Shown here piece after piece: positions 8,531 to 16,551 of a stretch of DNA of 27,033 nucleotides. Source of the DNA: Caulobacterales bacterium (GTDB lineage: Bacteria > Pseudomonadota > Alphaproteobacteria > Caulobacterales > Aquidulcibacteraceae); contig JBEVOS010000329.1 of assembly GCA_040507435.1 (NCBI GenBank), forward strand, positions 1 through 27,033, written 5' to 3'. The translations under genes were made by a program, and so were the position numbers. Below the pieces are notes generated by a model that saw only the letters and a program-made list of their open reading frames with translations, had not been told where the DNA came from and did no database searches. Every line of letters starts with the position of its first letter. Within the stretch, counting starts at the first letter, position 1.

Positions 8531-8884
8531 TTATGTTTTTGAACTCGGCTCGTGCCATGCATCGTCGTATGTGCGCATATGCTCCGGCAACAGAAAATCG
8601 TCGTAGAGATCGCGCCATTGTGGATTGCACTGCTCAATCAAATCGAGCTTCCAGGAGCGGCGCCATTTCTTGAGTTCTTTTTCGCGTGAGATGGCGGTGG
8701 CTATATCGCTGTGCCGCTCCCACCACGCCAGCATCGTGCAGCCATGCTTTCGCGAGAAACCAGCGACACGGCCTTCGCGATGCTCAAGGCCACGATTGAG
8801 GAGATCGCTTGTCACGCCAAGATAAAGCGTGCCGTTGCGTCCATTCGTGACAATATAAACCGCGATCAGATCGTAGCGCGCCAT
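8531..8884 (-). CDS. Stand-alone GIY-YIG nuclease (UPF0213/YhbQ-like)
   Basis: AVYIVTNGRNGTLYLGVTSDL.NR..EH and AISREKELKKWRRSWKLDLIEQCNPQWRDLY; catalytic Arg and Glu positions appear intact. Confidence 0.93.
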   Translation of the reverse strand: MARYDLIAVYIVTNGRNGTLYLGVTSDLLNRGLEHREGRVAGFSRKHGCTMLAWWERHSDIATAISREKELKKWRRSWKLDLIEQCNPQWRDLYDDFLLPEHMRTYDDAWHEPSSKT

Positions 8885-8946
8885 GTGCGTTTGCTAATGT
8901 GCGCCGCTCGCGGCGTCATCTCAAATTTGAAAGCGCACATTGATGC

Positions 8947-9052
8947 CGTCATTCCGGACGCGCGCATCGCGCGCGATCCGGAACCCAGGGGCAAACGCCG
9001 CAACCTTGGCCCCTGGGTTCCGGGTTCTTGCTCCGCAAGCCCCGGAATGTCG
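8947..9052. repeat. CGTC-type palindromic REP-like element, 106 bp
   Basis: Terminal IR CGTCATTCCGG (8947-8957) / CCGGAATGTCG (9042-9052, 1 mismatch); perfect 15-bp IR CCGGAACCCAGGGGC (8978-8992) / GCCCCTGGGTTCCGG (9009-9023); side hairpins GCGCGC-ATC-GCGCGC (8960-8974) and CTTGC-TCC-GCAAG (9027-9039). Confidence 0.85.
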
Positions 9053-9106
9053 GATGCTGCCAGGCTTGCTAAAAAGATTTGGCGACGCTGGCGCGATTGA
9101 TTGAAC

Positions 9107-11416
9107 TTAACTCCCCTTCCTCCGTCTCCCACGATAAGCATTCCCGCCGCCCTTCTTCCCCGGCATGCCGCGCGCGAGCGCTGGATCGGTTCGTCCTTTC
9201 ACAGCATCCTCCGCGCCTTCACGCACAGCGCTTTCGCGCGCGAGCGGATCGTCTGAGATCAGCAATTCGCGTTCCTGCAAGCGTTTGATCTCATCGCGCA
9301 GACGCGCGGCGGTTTCGAATTCCAAATTGGCGGCGGCTTCGCGCATCTCTTTTTCGAGATCGGCGATATAGGTTTTGAGATTATGGCCCACCATGCCGTG
9401 CTGCGGGCCTTTTTTGCCGGCTTTATCGAGCTTCTTGAACCCGAGCGGATCGCCCACATCGACCGTGAGCGAATCTTTCTCGTAAACGCTGTCGAGAATA
9501 TCGGCGATGCGCGAGCGCACGCTTTGGGGCGTGATATTGTTCGCGAGATTGTAGGCGTGCTGCTTCTCCCGGCGGCGCGAGGTCTCAGCCATCGCGCGCT
9601 CCATCGAGCCGGTGATCTTGTCCGCGTAGAGAATGACTTTGCCGTCGACATTCCGCGCCGCACGCCCGATCGTCTGCACCAGCGAGGTTTCGGATCGCAG
9701 AAAGCCTTCCTTGTCCGCATCCAAAATCGCGACCAGCCCGCACTCGGGAATGTCGAGGCCTTCGCGCAAAAGATTGATCCCGATCAGCACGTCGAACACG
9801 CCGAGCCGCAAATCGCGAATGATCTCGATGCGCTCCACCGTGTCGATGTCGGAGTGCATATAGCGCACGCGCACGCCTTGCTCGTGCATATATTCCGTCA
9901 AATCCTCCGCCATGCGTTTCGTGAGAACGGTAACGAGCGAGCGCAAATCTTTCTTCGCCGCATCCTTCACTTCCGCGATCACGTCGTCGACTTGGCTCGC
10001 ATTGTCCTTTGAGACAGGCCGCACTTCGACAGGCGGATCGATCAAACCAGTGGGGCGAATGACTTGCTCGGTGAAGACGCCGCTCGTGCGATCCATTTCC
10101 CACGGGCCCGGCGTCGCTGAGACATGCACCGTCTGCGGACGCATCACGTCCCATTCCTCGAATTTGAGCGGACGATTATCCATGCAAGAGGGCAGGCGGA
10201 AGCCGTAATCGGCGAGCGTCTTTTTGCGATTGAAGTCGCCGCGATACATCGCGCCGATCTGCGGAATCGTCACGTGGCTTTCATCCGTGAAGATGAGCGC
10301 ATTGTCCGGAATATATTCGAACATGGTCGGCGGCGGCTCGCCCGGCAGGCGCCCGGTGAGATAGCGCGAATAATTTTCGATGCCCGCGCACGAACCCGTC
10401 GCCAGCATCATCTCCATATCGAAATTCACGCGCTGTTCGATGCGCTGCGCTTCCAGCAGCTTGCCTTCTTGCTTGAATACGGCAAGCCGGAGCTTCAACT
10501 CCTCCTTGATGAGGTCGACAGCCTGATTGAGCGTCGGGCGCGGCGTTACATAGTGCGAATTCGCATAGACCTTCACGGCATCGAGCCGCGTGATCTTCTT
10601 GCCCGTCAGAGGGTCGAATTCGTCGATGCTTTCCACATCATCGCCGAAGAACGAAATCCGCCACGCGCGATCTTCCTGGTGAACTGGGAACACTTCGACA
10701 TTGTCGCCGCGCACACGGAAAAGGCCGCGCGCGAAGCCTTGCTCGTTGCGTTTGTATTGAAGCGCGACGAGATCGCGGATCAGATCCTGCTGGCCGTATG
10801 CATCGCCAACCTTCACCGTGAACGTCATCGCTGTGTAAGTTTCGACCGAGCCGATGCCGTAAATGCACGACACGGAAGCCACGATGATCACATCGTCGCG
10901 TTCCAGAATCGCGCGCGTCGCGGCGTGCCGCATCCGGTCGATCTGCTCGTTGATGTTGGATTCTTTTTCGATGTAGGTGTCGGTGCGCGGCACATACGCT
11001 TCCGGCTGGTAATAATCGTAATACGAGACAAAATATTCGACGGCGTTTTCTGGGAAGAAGTTTTTGAATTCGCCATAGAGCTGCGCCGCGAGCGTTTTAT
11101 TCGGCGCGAGCACGAGCGCAGGGCGCTGCAATGTCTCGATCACCTTCGCCATCGTGAAAGTCTTGCCCGAGCCAGTGACGCCGAGCAGCACTTGGTCCTG
11201 ATCGCCTTTTTTCGCGCCTTCCACCAATTCCGCGATCGCGGTCGGCTGGTCCCCCGCGGGCGTATAATCGGAAACCAGTTTGAACTTCTTGCCGCCCTCA
11301 AGCTTCTCCCAGGCGCGCTCGGGCCTATGCGGCGTCCACATCGCGCCGGTCTGATCGAACACGAAGCCGGCGGCGGGCGCTTCGGAAACGCCGGAAGGTT
11401 TTGGGGAACGGGCCAT
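9107..11416 (-). CDS. uvrB: Excinuclease ABC subunit B
   Basis: PAGDQPTAI, Walker [57 protein letters not shown]-terminal UVR domain [20 protein letters not shown] 11416 (M73 of the track ORF) taken as the start. Confidence 0.98.
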   Translation of the reverse strand: MARSPKPSGVSEAPAAGFVFDQTGAMWTPHRPERAWEKLEGGKKFKLVSDYTPAGDQPTAIAELVEGAKKGDQDQVLLGVTGSGKTFTMAKVIETLQRPALVLAPNKTLAAQLYGEFKNFFPENAVEYFVSYYDYYQPEAYVPRTDTYIEKESNINEQIDRMRHAATRAILERDDVIIVASVSCIYGIGSVETYTAMTFTVKVGDAYGQQDLIRDLVALQYKRNEQGFARGLFRVRGDNVEVFPVHQEDRAWRISFFGDDVESIDEFDPLTGKKITRLDAVKVYANSHYVTPRPTLNQAVDLIKEELKLRLAVFKQEGKLLEAQRIEQRVNFDMEMMLATGSCAGIENYSRYLTGRLPGEPPPTMFEYIPDNALIFTDESHVTIPQIGAMYRGDFNRKKTLADYGFRLPSCMDNRPLKFEEWDVMRPQTVHVSATPGPWEMDRTSGVFTEQVIRPTGLIDPPVEVRPVSKDNASQVDDVIAEVKDAAKKDLRSLVTVLTKRMAEDLTEYMHEQGVRVRYMHSDIDTVERIEIIRDLRLGVFDVLIGINLLREGLDIPECGLVAILDADKEGFLRSETSLVQTIGRAARNVDGKVILYADKITGSMERAMAETSRRREKQHAYNLANNITPQSVRSRIADILDSVYEKDSLTVDVGDPLGFKKLDKAGKKGPQHGMVGHNLKTYIADLEKEMREAAANLEFETAARLRDEIKRLQERELLISDDPLARESAVREGAEDAVKGRTDPALARGMPGKKGGGNAYRGRRRKGS

Positions 11417-11420
11417 GAAC
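11406..11420 (-). promoter_or_regulatory. Alphaproteobacterial LexA (SOS) box overlapping the uvrB start codon
   Basis: Minus strand GTTC-ATGGCCC-GTTC is an exact GTTC-N7-GTTC; the uvrB ATG lies in the spacer. Confidence 0.75.
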
Positions 11421-11547
11421 GATGAAATTAGGGATTTTGCGATCCCAGCGCCAGTTGGCAGGGCCGCCCAATTCGCACGGCATGGTGAGCGTATTTTAAG
11501 AATGTTTCGAAACCGCACGTTTATGCAGGGAGTGTAGCGGTTGCCGT

Positions 11548-12099
11548 GTGCGCTTCTTTCTATCTCTAGCTTTGATGGCTGGCCTTGCCGCTTGCGCGCA
11601 GCCTCATGCGGCTGCCCCCGCTGAGCACGCATTTTCCGCCGAGCAATCCGCGCTCGTGAACGCGGATTTGGAAGGCGCCTGGCGCGGTGAGGCGATCGTG
11701 CGCGATGCGCCGGATAGTCAGCCGCGCCGCGAACTTATCATGCTCACGATCCGGAAGCGCGCCGATGGCGGCTTATCGGTCACGACCGATAGCTCTGAAG
11801 GCATGCGCGCCTCGCGGGTCGGCTATGTCTACCAAGACGGCGCTGTGATTGCGGAGAGCGCGGCTGGCGAACCGGAAGTCACGACCGTCACAGCCTTCGA
11901 GGGTGGGAAGGGGCGCTGGCGCCTCGAAGGCAAGACCGGTGAGACCCGCGTGCAGCAGGCCCTGTCAGGCGACCGCTTCCGCCGCCGCGTCGAGTATAAA
12001 CCGCCCGGCCAATCCGAATTCGTCGTCATGTATGCCGGGGAATTCGCGCGTGTTGAGACCGCCGCGCCGGAAATCGTCGCCGAAATGGCCCCGCACTAG
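11548..12099 (+). CDS. Hypothetical lipoprotein, probably beta-rich
   Basis: GTG start; signal peptide [18 protein letters not shown] with an LAAC lipobox; alternating beta-strand-like mature region. Confidence 0.75.
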   Translation: MRFFLSLALMAGLAACAQPHAAAPAEHAFSAEQSALVNADLEGAWRGEAIVRDAPDSQPRRELIMLTIRKRADGGLSVTTDSSEGMRASRVGYVYQDGAVIAESAAGEPEVTTVTAFEGGKGRWRLEGKTGETRVQQALSGDRFRRRVEYKPPGQSEFVVMYAGEFARVETAAPEIVAEMAPH

Positions 12100-12165
12100 C
12101 CGGCGTGCCGGGCCGGGGGTAACGCCGCCATATTGCGCGCGCTTTCCAGCCTGTAATGTCCCGCC

Positions 12166-13299
12166 ATGAATTTGCGGGACGTTTTCATCACCGGCGCTGG
12201 CGCTTTCCTGCCAGGACCGCCCATCCCGAACGAGCGGATCGAGGCGCATATCGGCCGCGTCTACGGCCGTGACTCTTTCTTGGGCAAACGGGCGCTGCGT
12301 TGGAATGGCGTCGAAAGCCGCCACTATGCGTTGGACGACGCGGGCCGCGTTCTGCACTCCAATGCGGAGATGTGCGCCCGCGCTGTCGAAGCCGCGCTCG
12401 ATGACGCTGGCGCCTCGCGCCGCGATCTGACCTTCCTCGCCGCCGCCACAACGCAAGGCGATCTGCTCGTGCCCGGCCACGCGAGCGCGGTGCAGGGCGA
12501 GTTGGGCGGTCCAGCGATGGAGATCGCAAGCTTCCAATCCGTATGCGGCTCTTCGTTGATGGCGGCGAAAACGGCGTGGCTCAACGTGCGCGCACGCGAA
12601 CATGATGTCGCCGCCGCATGCGCAGGCGAATTCTCTTCACGCTGGTTCAGGCCCGAATTCTATGAAGGTACCGCGTTGTGCGATGAGAAGGGCAGGCTGC
12701 GTGCGGAGGCGGATTTCCTGCGGTTCACGTTGTCCGACGGCGCCGGCGCGATCGTGCTGCGCGACAAGCCCAACCGCGATGCACTGTCGCTGCGCATAGA
12801 TTTTATCGACATCATCTCGCTCGCTGGCGCCTTTGATTCATGCATGTGGGCGGGCGCTACGGTCGATGGCCGCGCCGATATGAAAAACGGCTGGCCTCAT
12901 GCAGGCCCGCGCGCAGCACACGAAGCGGGAGCGATCGCGCTATTACAGGATTTCGATTTGCTGAAGCGTGTTATTCGCGCCTGGGTTGGCGAATATCTTA
13001 AGAAGGTGGATGCGCGCCGCATCGTTCCATCCGAAGTCGATCATCTCCTCTGCCACTATTCCGCCAAGAGTCTGCGTGCAGAGATCGTCCAGCTTTTGGA
13101 GGACACCGCCGGAATGATCCCGGAAGAGAAGTGGTTCTCTATATTGCGTGAGAAGGGCAATATCGGCGCAGCGTCAATCTGGGTGATGCTCGACGCTTTT
13201 CTAAAGTCGGGACGGCTTGAACGCGGCCAGAAAGTGCTATGCGTCGTGCCCGAAAGCGGCCGCGCTCTGGTCGGCTTTATGATGCTGGAGGCAGTGTGA
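12166..13299 (+). CDS. StlD/DarB-like beta-ketoacyl synthase (KAS III fold)
   Basis: VFITGAGAFLPGPP, GVESRHYA, TTQGDLLVPGHAS, catalytic Cys in FQSVCGSS, FLRFTLSDGAGA, His in LLCHYS, Asn in KGNIGAAS, VPESGR. Confidence 0.88.
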   Translation: MNLRDVFITGAGAFLPGPPIPNERIEAHIGRVYGRDSFLGKRALRWNGVESRHYALDDAGRVLHSNAEMCARAVEAALDDAGASRRDLTFLAAATTQGDLLVPGHASAVQGELGGPAMEIASFQSVCGSSLMAAKTAWLNVRAREHDVAAACAGEFSSRWFRPEFYEGTALCDEKGRLRAEADFLRFTLSDGAGAIVLRDKPNRDALSLRIDFIDIISLAGAFDSCMWAGATVDGRADMKNGWPHAGPRAAHEAGAIALLQDFDLLKRVIRAWVGEYLKKVDARRIVPSEVDHLLCHYSAKSLRAEIVQLLEDTAGMIPEEKWFSILREKGNIGAASIWVMLDAFLKSGRLERGQKVLCVVPESGRALVGFMMLEAV

Positions 13300-14687
13300 A
13301 GAATTCTCGGCGGCTTGGATGCGCGCGTGCAGCGTTTCTCGCGCTGGCTTTGACATCGGCGGCGCCTATCGCGGCACATGCTGAAGCAGCTGCGCAGCAA
13401 GCGCAATCGCATGGCGTGCCAGTTCAGGAAGTCGTGTCGCCGAATGGCATTCGCGCCTGGCTCGTGTCGGACGACACCGTGCCGATGATCGTGCTCAATG
13501 CGTATTGGAAAGGCGGCTCTGCCCTTGAAGAACCGCGCATGACCGGCCTCACCGGCGTGATGACGGATATGCTGAGCGAAGGCGCGGGCGATCTCGATTC
13601 CAACGCCTTCAAGGTGCGTCTTGAAGAATTGAACATGCAGCTCGGCTTTTCATCGAGTTGGGATGGCGTCTCGATGGGCCTCGTCACGCTCACGCAAAAT
13701 CGCGATGCGGCATTCGAGATGGCGCGCGTTGCGTTGATGTCGCCGCGTTTTGATGCGCCGCCGCTGGAGCGCATCAAGCGTCAATTAGCGGTGTCGATCC
13801 GTCAGCGCGAAACCAACCCCAGCTACATCGCCAATCTCGCGCTCGATCAAGCGCTCATTCCCGATCATCCCTATGCGCGCCGTGCGACGCTTGCGAGTGT
13901 CAACGCGATCAATCGCGCCGCGCTTGTGAATTGGCGCGCACAATTGTTGAAACGCGCGCGTCTGCAAATCACCGTGGTCGGCGATATCGACGCCGCGACA
14001 CTTGGCCCGCTGCTCGATCGCACATTCGGCGCGCTTCCTTCCGGAGAAGCGGCGCTCGCCGTTCCGCAAGCTGCGCAGCGGCCGCCCACGCCATTGATCG
14101 TGCGCCCATTGCCGCAACCACAGAGCCTGATTCTGTTCAGTGCGCCGGGCATCGATGATGACGATCCAGATTGGATTCCGCTTGCCGTCGCGAATTACAT
14201 TCTTGGCGGCGGCGGTTTTTCTTCGCGCCTGATGGATGAGGTGCGCGAGGAGCGGGGCCTTGTGTACGGCATCTCGACAACGAATTCCGTGCGCGATGGC
14301 GCAGCTTTCATTCGCGGGGCTGCGCAGACGCGCAACGAAAGCGTCGGCGAGGCGATCGAAACGACGCGTGCGGAAATCGGCCGGCTTTATCGCGATGGCC
14401 CGGCGCAAGCTGAGGTGGATGACGCAATCCGCTATCTCACGGGCTCATTCGCGCTTGATCTCGATTCCAATGTAAAAATCGCGAGTACGCTTTTTAGCTA
14501 TCAGGCTGCTGGCCGTCCGATTGATTACATCAACCGCCGCAATGATCTGATCCGCGCGGTGACGCGTGATGATGTTGTCCGGGTCATGCGCCGCCTTTAT
14601 GACCCGGCGAAATTCACCTTCGTAGCGGTGGGCCAGCCTGCAGGCCTCGATGGGCAACCGCCGCCGCCGGCGCAAACCGCGCAGTAG
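13296..14687 (+). CDS. Exported M16 (pitrilysin-family) peptidase-like protein, non-catalytic subunit
   Basis: GTG 13296 overlaps the ketosynthase stop (GTGA); signal peptide ending AAHA; VQEVVSPNGIRAWLV, NYILGGGGFSSRLMDEVREERGLVYGI. No HXXEH motif (GLTGVMTDMLSEG at that position). Confidence 0.9.
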   Translation: MKNSRRLGCARAAFLALALTSAAPIAAHAEAAAQQAQSHGVPVQEVVSPNGIRAWLVSDDTVPMIVLNAYWKGGSALEEPRMTGLTGVMTDMLSEGAGDLDSNAFKVRLEELNMQLGFSSSWDGVSMGLVTLTQNRDAAFEMARVALMSPRFDAPPLERIKRQLAVSIRQRETNPSYIANLALDQALIPDHPYARRATLASVNAINRAALVNWRAQLLKRARLQITVVGDIDAATLGPLLDRTFGALPSGEAALAVPQAAQRPPTPLIVRPLPQPQSLILFSAPGIDDDDPDWIPLAVANYILGGGGFSSRLMDEVREERGLVYGISTTNSVRDGAAFIRGAAQTRNESVGEAIETTRAEIGRLYRDGPAQAEVDDAIRYLTGSFALDLDSNVKIASTLFSYQAAGRPIDYINRRNDLIRAVTRDDVVRVMRRLYDPAKFTFVAVGQPAGLDGQPPPPAQTAQ

Positions 14688-14707
14688 CGCCGCCGGCAAT
14701 TCCGCGT

Positions 14708-14736
14708 TTGACTATGTAGTCTCCGTCGTCTTTTTA
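14708..14736 (+). promoter_or_regulatory. Putative sigma70 promoter with an inverted-repeat operator over the -35
   Basis: TTGACT 14708-14713, 17-nt spacer, T-rich -10 region at 14731; GACTA-TG-TAGTC IR at 14710-14721; GGGAG SD before ATG 14757. Confidence 0.4.
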
Positions 14737-14756
14737 AGAGCGATAGGGAGCACGTC

Positions 14757-15671
14757 ATGAAATTCGTTTTGGAATTGCCTGTCGATCACGTCCAAGAGGG
14801 CAAGGAGTTTATCGGCCAGGAAGCGCTGGTTGAAATGGCGCAAACGGCGGAGAAAGCGGGTTTCGACGGCGTCGCCGTGACGGATCACCCGGCGCCAACC
14901 GGGCGTTGGCTTGATGCTGGCGGCCACTATGCGCAAGACCCGTTCGTCATGTTGGCGATGGCTGGCGCGGTGACGAAGAAAATTAAGCTACTCACATATC
15001 TGCTGGTTGTTCCCTACCGCAATCCATTCCTATCGGCGCGTGCGGTTGCGAGCCTGGATGTATCGACCGAAGGGCGCGTTATTCTTGGCGTGGGCGCCGG
15101 TTATCTCAAAGGTGAGTTCAAGGCTCTCGGTGTTGATTTCGACACCCGCAACGAACGTTTCGATCAAAACATCGAAGCGATGCGCGCCGCGTGGGAGAAT
15201 GACGAGTTCACCTTCAGCGGCAATGGTTTTGAAGCGCTCGGAAATCGCATTCTGCCGCGTCCGCTTCAAAAAACCGTGCCGATGTGGATCGGCGGCAATT
15301 CCAAGGAAGCCATTCGCCGCACCGTGAAATACGCACAAGGCTGGATGCCGCTGGTGTCCCTTGGCTCGACCGGCATTACTCAAACAGCGCGTACAGCGGC
15401 TATCCCAAGCTTCGAGGAATTGGCCGATCGTCTCAACTACATGAAGCAATATGCCGCCGAACTCGGAAAAACCGCACCGACCGATCTCATCGTCACCGTC
15501 TATCCAAGCTTTACGGGTGAAGCAGGCGAAGAGAGCAATTTCAGGGAGCGCTATGACATGTTCGCCAAAGCAGGCGTGACGTGGGCGCCAATACGTGCGG
15601 CCGGCCGCACACGAAAAGAGTGGATCGAAAACGCGATGCGTGGCGGCGAAATCATCGCCAAGACGCGTTGA
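14757..15671 (+). CDS. Luciferase-like (LLM) class oxidoreductase, probably F420- or flavin-dependent
   Basis: AEKAGFDGVAVTDHPAP, DPFVML, VVPYRNPF, RVILGVGAGYLKGEF, PMWIGGNS, AQGWMP. Confidence 0.9.
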   Translation: MKFVLELPVDHVQEGKEFIGQEALVEMAQTAEKAGFDGVAVTDHPAPTGRWLDAGGHYAQDPFVMLAMAGAVTKKIKLLTYLLVVPYRNPFLSARAVASLDVSTEGRVILGVGAGYLKGEFKALGVDFDTRNERFDQNIEAMRAAWENDEFTFSGNGFEALGNRILPRPLQKTVPMWIGGNSKEAIRRTVKYAQGWMPLVSLGSTGITQTARTAAIPSFEELADRLNYMKQYAAELGKTAPTDLIVTVYPSFTGEAGEESNFRERYDMFAKAGVTWAPIRAAGRTRKEWIENAMRGGEIIAKTR

Positions 15672-15686
15672 TCCGTGGGCGCGGCG

Positions 15687-16484
15687 CTACGGCGCCACGC
15701 GTTCATCTTTCACCTCGGTGAGCGTCGCGGCCCCAAGATTGCGCGCGATCAAATGTGTCCACACATCTTCCGCTGTCTCGCCGTAAGCGAACAGCGTGAG
15801 GTCATCTTCCGTGATCATGCCGTTCTCGAGCAGCGTGTTGAAATTCATGACGCTGCGCCAATAGGCTTCATCGAATAAAACGACTGGTAGGCGCCGCGCT
15901 TTGCCAGTCTGGCGCAGCGTGAGAATCTCGAACAATTCATCGAGCGTGCCGAACCCGCCCGGGAATACGACCAGCGCATTGGCGCGCATAGCCAAATGCA
16001 TTTTGCGCATCGCGAAATAGTGGAAGCGGAATGTGAGATCCGGCGTCGTGAACGGATTGGGCGTCTGCTCGTGTGGCAAAGAAATGTTGAAGCCGATTGT
16101 TGGCGCGCCGGCATCCGCAGCGCCGCGATTGGCCGCCTCCATGAGACCTGGGCCGCCGCCCGTCGCGATCACATTCTCACGCAGGCCCTTGTCGGCGAGG
16201 AGAGCGCCCCCGCGCTCTGACGCAATGCGTCCAAACGCGCGCGCCGCCGCATACCAAGCCGCATGTTTCGCCGGTCCGTCTTCCCGAACCCGGGCGCTGC
16301 CGAACACGACGATGGTGGAATTGACGCCCCAGGCCCTCAGCGCCTGCTCGGCTTTCTCATATTCGAGCTGAAACCGGACGCCGCGCTGCCGGTCCGCCAG
16401 CATGAAATCCTGATCGAGCGCGGCCAGGCGATAAGAAGGCGAATCGAGTTGGGCTTGCGTAGGGGGAAAGACATTGTCGGGCAT
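15687..16484 (-). CDS. LOG-family (TIGR00730-like) nucleotide phosphoribohydrolase
   Basis: [50 protein letters not shown] 16484 (MPDNVFPP) chosen; the track's 5' extension runs antisense to mutL. Confidence 0.93.
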   Translation of the reverse strand: MPDNVFPPTQAQLDSPSYRLAALDQDFMLADRQRGVRFQLEYEKAEQALRAWGVNSTIVVFGSARVREDGPAKHAAWYAAARAFGRIASERGGALLADKGLRENVIATGGGPGLMEAANRGAADAGAPTIGFNISLPHEQTPNPFTTPDLTFRFHYFAMRKMHLAMRANALVVFPGGFGTLDELFEILTLRQTGKARRLPVVLFDEAYWRSVMNFNTLLENGMITEDDLTLFAYGETAEDVWTHLIARNLGAATLTEVKDERVAP

Positions 16485-16551
16485 GAGCTTGGCATTCCAT
16501 CGCGCGGCGCGGTTGTCGAGCCTTACGGACCGGCGTGATAGGATGCGATTC

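Noticed and set aside
10124-11425. 433-aa plus-strand ORF
   Set aside because: Antisense shadow of uvrB with no independent motifs. The same applies to 9383..10012, 18734..20050, 5619..6677, 23636..24514 and the other short alternative-frame ORFs.
11504-11513. Perfect palindrome GTTTCGAAAC between uvrB and the lipoprotein gene
   Set aside because: Does not fit the LexA or CtrA consensus, is single-copy, and could be chance.
11417-11632. 72-aa N-terminal extension of UvrB
   Set aside because: No UvrB-like sequence, and it overlaps the divergent lipoprotein gene. The track extensions of LOG, mutL, M16, TPR-GT, ABM and ribF were trimmed for similar reasons.
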